DNA of 64,000 nucleotides from an uncultured Clostridia bacterium (lineage in GTDB: Bacteria; Bacillota; Clostridia; Saccharofermentanales; Saccharofermentanaceae): positions 57,897-121,896 of the forward strand of contig CAMNGC010000001.1 of assembly GCA_946537885.1 (NCBI GenBank). The letters are read 5' to 3'. The notes below the pieces were generated by a model. That model worked only from the letters and a program-made list of their open reading frames with translations. It was not told the DNA's origin and ran no database searches. Below are positions 60,538 through 64,000 of the stretch, in pieces. The position numbers were made by a program, and so were the translations under genes. Each line of letters starts with the position of its first letter. Positions within the stretch are counted from its first letter, which is position 1.

Positions 60538-61494
60538 ATGGCTGTTATTGAATGTAATGATGTAAGTATCAAATATATATCCGGTGACATTAAGCAGATC
60601 GGTCTTAAAGAGTATGTCATGCGTAAGCTGACAGGCAAGTTCAATAAGCGGATTTTCTGGGCTGACAAACATGTCTCATTCACTCTCGAAAAGGGTGATA
60701 TGTTGGGCATAATAGGCTCCAACGGCGCCGGCAAGAGTACTCTCCTTAAGGCGATCACGGGCGTTATGCAGCCGGCTGAGGGCAAGATCCATGTCAAAGG
60801 TGATATTGCAGCTCTCTTAGAGCTCGCCAGCGGTTTTGATCCGAATATGACAGTTCGCGAGAACACTTATCTGAGAGGCGCCATGCTCGGATATACCAAG
60901 GAGTTCCTGAATGCAAAATATGACGAGATAATTGCTTTTGCCGAGCTCGAGGATTTCCAGGAGTACACATTTAAGCAGTTATCGAGCGGAATGAAGAGCC
61001 GTCTGGCTTTCTCCATTGCATGTCTTGTCGAACCTGATATCCTGATCCTCGATGAGGTCTTGAGTGTCGGCGACGGTGCTTTCCGCAAGAAGAGCGGCGA
61101 CAAGATGAAGGATATCCTTAGCGGCGGCGTTACGGGGCTTCTCGTATCTCACGCAGTAGGTCAGATCAGAGAGCTCTGCAACAAGGTCCTCTGGCTCGAT
61201 CACGGCAATCAGATCATATTCTCGGATGATGTCGAGAAGATCTGCGATGCCTATGAGGAATTCCTTGAGACCAAGAAGCTTCCCGAGAACGAGGCTGATT
61301 TTGACGTTATGGCGATCGCTTATAACGAGAGGCTCAAGGAGGAGCGCGAAGCCAAGAAGGCCAAAGAGATCGCAAAGCTTGAAAAGGTCATCGAAGACGG
61401 TAATAATGACAGTGTGGTCGAGGCGGCGGTAAGGATCCTCATGAAGAATTCTCCCGAGCTTCTGAATATGGACGAGATCAAGAACAGAAAATAA
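60538..61494 (+). CDS. Polysaccharide ABC exporter ATPase (Wzt/TagH type)
   Basis: GSNGAGKSTLLK, SSGMKSRLAFS, DEVLSVGD; the alternative ATG is at 60523. Confidence 0.92.
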   Translation: MAVIECNDVSIKYISGDIKQIGLKEYVMRKLTGKFNKRIFWADKHVSFTLEKGDMLGIIGSNGAGKSTLLKAITGVMQPAEGKIHVKGDIAALLELASGFDPNMTVRENTYLRGAMLGYTKEFLNAKYDEIIAFAELEDFQEYTFKQLSSGMKSRLAFSIACLVEPDILILDEVLSVGDGAFRKKSGDKMKDILSGGVTGLLVSHAVGQIRELCNKVLWLDHGNQIIFSDDVEKICDAYEEFLETKKLPENEADFDVMAIAYNERLKEEREAKKAKEIAKLEKVIEDGNNDSVVEAAVRILMKNSPELLNMDEIKNRK

Positions 61495-61522
61495 AAGATG
61501 TAAAGTAGTCGTGGGGGCAGTT

Positions 61523-62569
61523 ATGAAGTTGGAACTACGAGCTGATGCTGTGTCTAAGTATCGCCAGGAATTGATGGGGTTAAGTATTCTCGGGATTCTG
61601 TTATTCCACTTTTTTCAAGACTGCCGAAGCAGTGGCTACAACTATACCGAATATGCCAGATTCTATTTCGAGCATGTGGGTTCGTCCTGTGTTGATGTGT
61701 TCCTCTTCCTATCCGGATTAGGCCTTTTTTACTCCCTTAAAAAGAACGGTGAAGTGCGAAGTTTTTATGCCAAAAGATTCCGGAAGATACTAATACCTTA
61801 CTTTCTGGTAGCAATTCCGGCATTTATATACCTGGATATAGTATCCAAAGATTCCATTTCCAAGTTCTTTAGAGATATATTCTTTGTATCCTTTATGAAG
61901 GATGGCAGTATTCTATTCTGGTATATCCTTTTGATAATGATATGCTATCTGTTCTCTCCTCATTTGTTCAGATATATTGATTCGTCAAGAGACGATCACG
62001 AGATGTATAGCAGAATGTTTGCCATTCTGACTTTCGTTATTTCCTGCATTCTTGCCCTGCAGCTTAATTGCGGTGAGTTCTTTGATAAGACAAATATCTT
62101 GATACTCAGGATACCTGCTTTTATCGGAGGAATGTTCATGGGGCGCCTTTCGTATACTAAGGCCAAGCTCGGTTCCGGTTTTTTTCTTATCTTGATCCTT
62201 GCTGTTTTCCTTAATAACCAGATTGCTATTTCTCCTATCTACACCTTGAGACTGGTGATAGCGTTGACGGCTATTTGCGCAGCTGTTTTGATTGCTTTGA
62301 TATCAGATGCTTTTTTATCCCGATTCAAGATCTGCAGCAAAATAGTCTTCCCGATACTCAGGTGGATAGGCAGGTATACATTAGAGTTGTACATCTGCCA
62401 TGTAGCGGTAAGAAGGATCCTTAACAAAGAGGATTATCCTACCTGCCGCTATCGCTATGAGCTTCTGATGCTTGCGATAAGCATCCTTGCTGTGGTAATT
62501 GTCCGTCTGTTGACACTGATGATAAATAAGGCCTTTGATACGATACACAAGAATTATGCTGCTAAATAA
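61523..62569 (+). CDS. Acyltransferase family 3 (O-acetyltransferase)
   Basis: R.ELMG, H, VDVFLFLSG.GL, KRF.KI, WYI, G.YTLE.Y..H; multiple TM segments. Confidence 0.85.
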   Translation: MKLELRADAVSKYRQELMGLSILGILLFHFFQDCRSSGYNYTEYARFYFEHVGSSCVDVFLFLSGLGLFYSLKKNGEVRSFYAKRFRKILIPYFLVAIPAFIYLDIVSKDSISKFFRDIFFVSFMKDGSILFWYILLIMICYLFSPHLFRYIDSSRDDHEMYSRMFAILTFVISCILALQLNCGEFFDKTNILILRIPAFIGGMFMGRLSYTKAKLGSGFFLILILAVFLNNQIAISPIYTLRLVIALTAICAAVLIALISDAFLSRFKICSKIVFPILRWIGRYTLELYICHVAVRRILNKEDYPTCRYRYELLMLAISILAVVIVRLLTLMINKAFDTIHKNYAAK

Positions 62570-63689
62570 GATCAGATCGATGTTAAATATGATACGAGTA
62601 TCCATTTCGAGGCCTGATATCGAGCCTGCGAAGATCTTCGTCATGACTTTTGATAATTCCTATAGCTGTAATCCCGCAGCGATCGCAGATGAGCTCTTAA
62701 GCTTAGGGGATGATCTTGATATCGTGTGGGCAGTCAGCGATAAAACGGATCTGTCTTTATTCCCAAAAGGGATCAGAACTGTAAAACGCGGCAGTAAAGA
62801 TATGTTCGCCGAGATGAGAAGTGCGAGGATATGGCTCGATAACGGCCTTAACTGTGTCTGGTATTTTATGCCAAAACGCAAGGGACAGATCTATATAAAC
62901 ACCTGGCACGGCAGTCTCGGGATCAAAAAGCTCGGTGGAAACAAAGCTTGGAAACTTAGAGCGAAGACCTGCCGCAGGAAGACCGATTACATGATCTCCA
63001 ACAGCAGCTTTGAAGAGAATGTTTTCGGCTCAACTTACTGGAAAGGCGTCCCTTGTCTCAGATTCGGACATGCGAGAAATGTTGTCCTTTTTAATGAGGA
63101 GCGATTCCCCGAGATTGCCACAAAAGTAAGAAAGACACTGGGCTTATATGATGGTCGCAGGATCCTCCTATATGCTCCGACCTTCAGAGACGATGGGCAG
63201 AAGGATTTTCCGAGACCGGATTGGGACAAGGTTATCGCAGCTCTAAAGGAGCGCTTCGGAGGAGACTGGGTCATCGTGTCAAGACTTCATATGAAGGACA
63301 GAGACAGTATTTCTTCATCTGTCGAAAATGTTATCGACGCATCCGGTTATCCCTTGATCTCAGAACTTATGATCGCATCCGATGTTGCCGTAACGGACTA
63401 TTCCAGTTGGATCTATGATTATATCCTGCTGAAACGGCCGGGCTTTATTTTCGCTCCGGATGCCAATGACTACGAGACGACAAGGGGACTTTATTATCCT
63501 CTGTCCGAGACGCCTTTTGATGTAGCTTCTGATACGGAAAAACTGTGTTCAGATATAAGGGGATTTGACGAGTCGGCATATGAGGCAAAGGTCAAAGGAT
63601 TTCTTAAGGAGAAAGAATGCTGTGATGATGCTGATTCGGCTAAGCGTGCCGCCGAGTTTATAATGGATAAGTGCCGCAACATAGTATAA
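62556..63689 (+). CDS. CDP-glycerol/ribitol phosphotransferase (TagB/TagF family)
   Basis: YSCNP, TWHG, G.ARN, LYAPTFRD, RLH, TDYSS; start uncertain (62556 or 62580). Confidence 0.9.
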   Translation: MLLNKIRSMLNMIRVSISRPDIEPAKIFVMTFDNSYSCNPAAIADELLSLGDDLDIVWAVSDKTDLSLFPKGIRTVKRGSKDMFAEMRSARIWLDNGLNCVWYFMPKRKGQIYINTWHGSLGIKKLGGNKAWKLRAKTCRRKTDYMISNSSFEENVFGSTYWKGVPCLRFGHARNVVLFNEERFPEIATKVRKTLGLYDGRRILLYAPTFRDDGQKDFPRPDWDKVIAALKERFGGDWVIVSRLHMKDRDSISSSVENVIDASGYPLISELMIASDVAVTDYSSWIYDYILLKRPGFIFAPDANDYETTRGLYYPLSETPFDVASDTEKLCSDIRGFDESAYEAKVKGFLKEKECCDDADSAKRAAEFIMDKCRNIV

Positions 63690-63725
63690 AATATATTGAT
63701 AAATCGTTATTAGAGAGGGAGCCAT

Positions 63726-64000
63726 ATGAATGTCGCGCTGATTTTCGCCGGCGGTACCGGTAAGAGGATGCACTCGGGTAATATTCCGAAGCAGTTTCTG
63801 GAGCTTAATGGGAAGCCGATCATCGTTCATACCATCGAGCATTTCGATAAGCATCCGGAGATCGATGCTATTGTTGTTGTTTGCATTGAAGGTTGGATAG
63901 ATTTCCTTAAGGATAAGCTTAAGGAATTCGGTATCACCAAGGTCATCTCGGTTGTACCGGGGGGAGCGACAGGTCAGGGTTCCATTCGTAACGGCCTATA
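63726..64000 (+). CDS. IspD/TarI family cytidylyltransferase (partial, runs off the window)
   Basis: [15 protein letters not shown]....PKQFL...GKPII.HT; GAGGGAG SD. Confidence 0.88.
   Translation, partial: MNVALIFAGGTGKRMHSGNIPKQFLELNGKPIIVHTIEHFDKHPEIDAIVVVCIEGWIDFLKDKLKEFGITKVISVVPGGATGQGSIRNGL

Overview
This is a chromosomal window from an anaerobic Clostridia-class Firmicute. The DUF4214 surface protein and the extended L22/L23/L17 proteins suggest a Saccharofermentans/Oscillospirales-like lineage, but that is inference. In order it holds: veg-ispE; a minus-strand argCBDF-GNAT operon with an ARG box; msmX-cdaR-ftsE-ftsX-M23-methyltransferase-hslO; an accessory block (HTH protein, DUF4214/solute-binding fusion, two Ser/Thr kinase paralogs); the S10-spc-alpha ribosomal cluster (rpmD absent, two YidC-phosphotransferase fusion genes between infA and rpmJ); ECF, ROK kinase, truA, nfeD-SPFH, pncB, cyclophilin and LCP; pheA with a Phe-rich leader-peptide attenuator; and the start of a wall-polysaccharide/teichoic acid locus. 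The most unusual signal is a family of intergenic palindromic arrays with about 53 bp periodicity. Two of them sit inside elements that share 22-23 bp terminal inverted repeats but carry unrelated repeat sequences. A third, with the same GTAATGC/GCATTAC arms and variable spacers, runs directly into a truncated PD-(D/E)XK-like nuclease gene. All calls were made by eye from the sequence and the ORF track; no searches were run.
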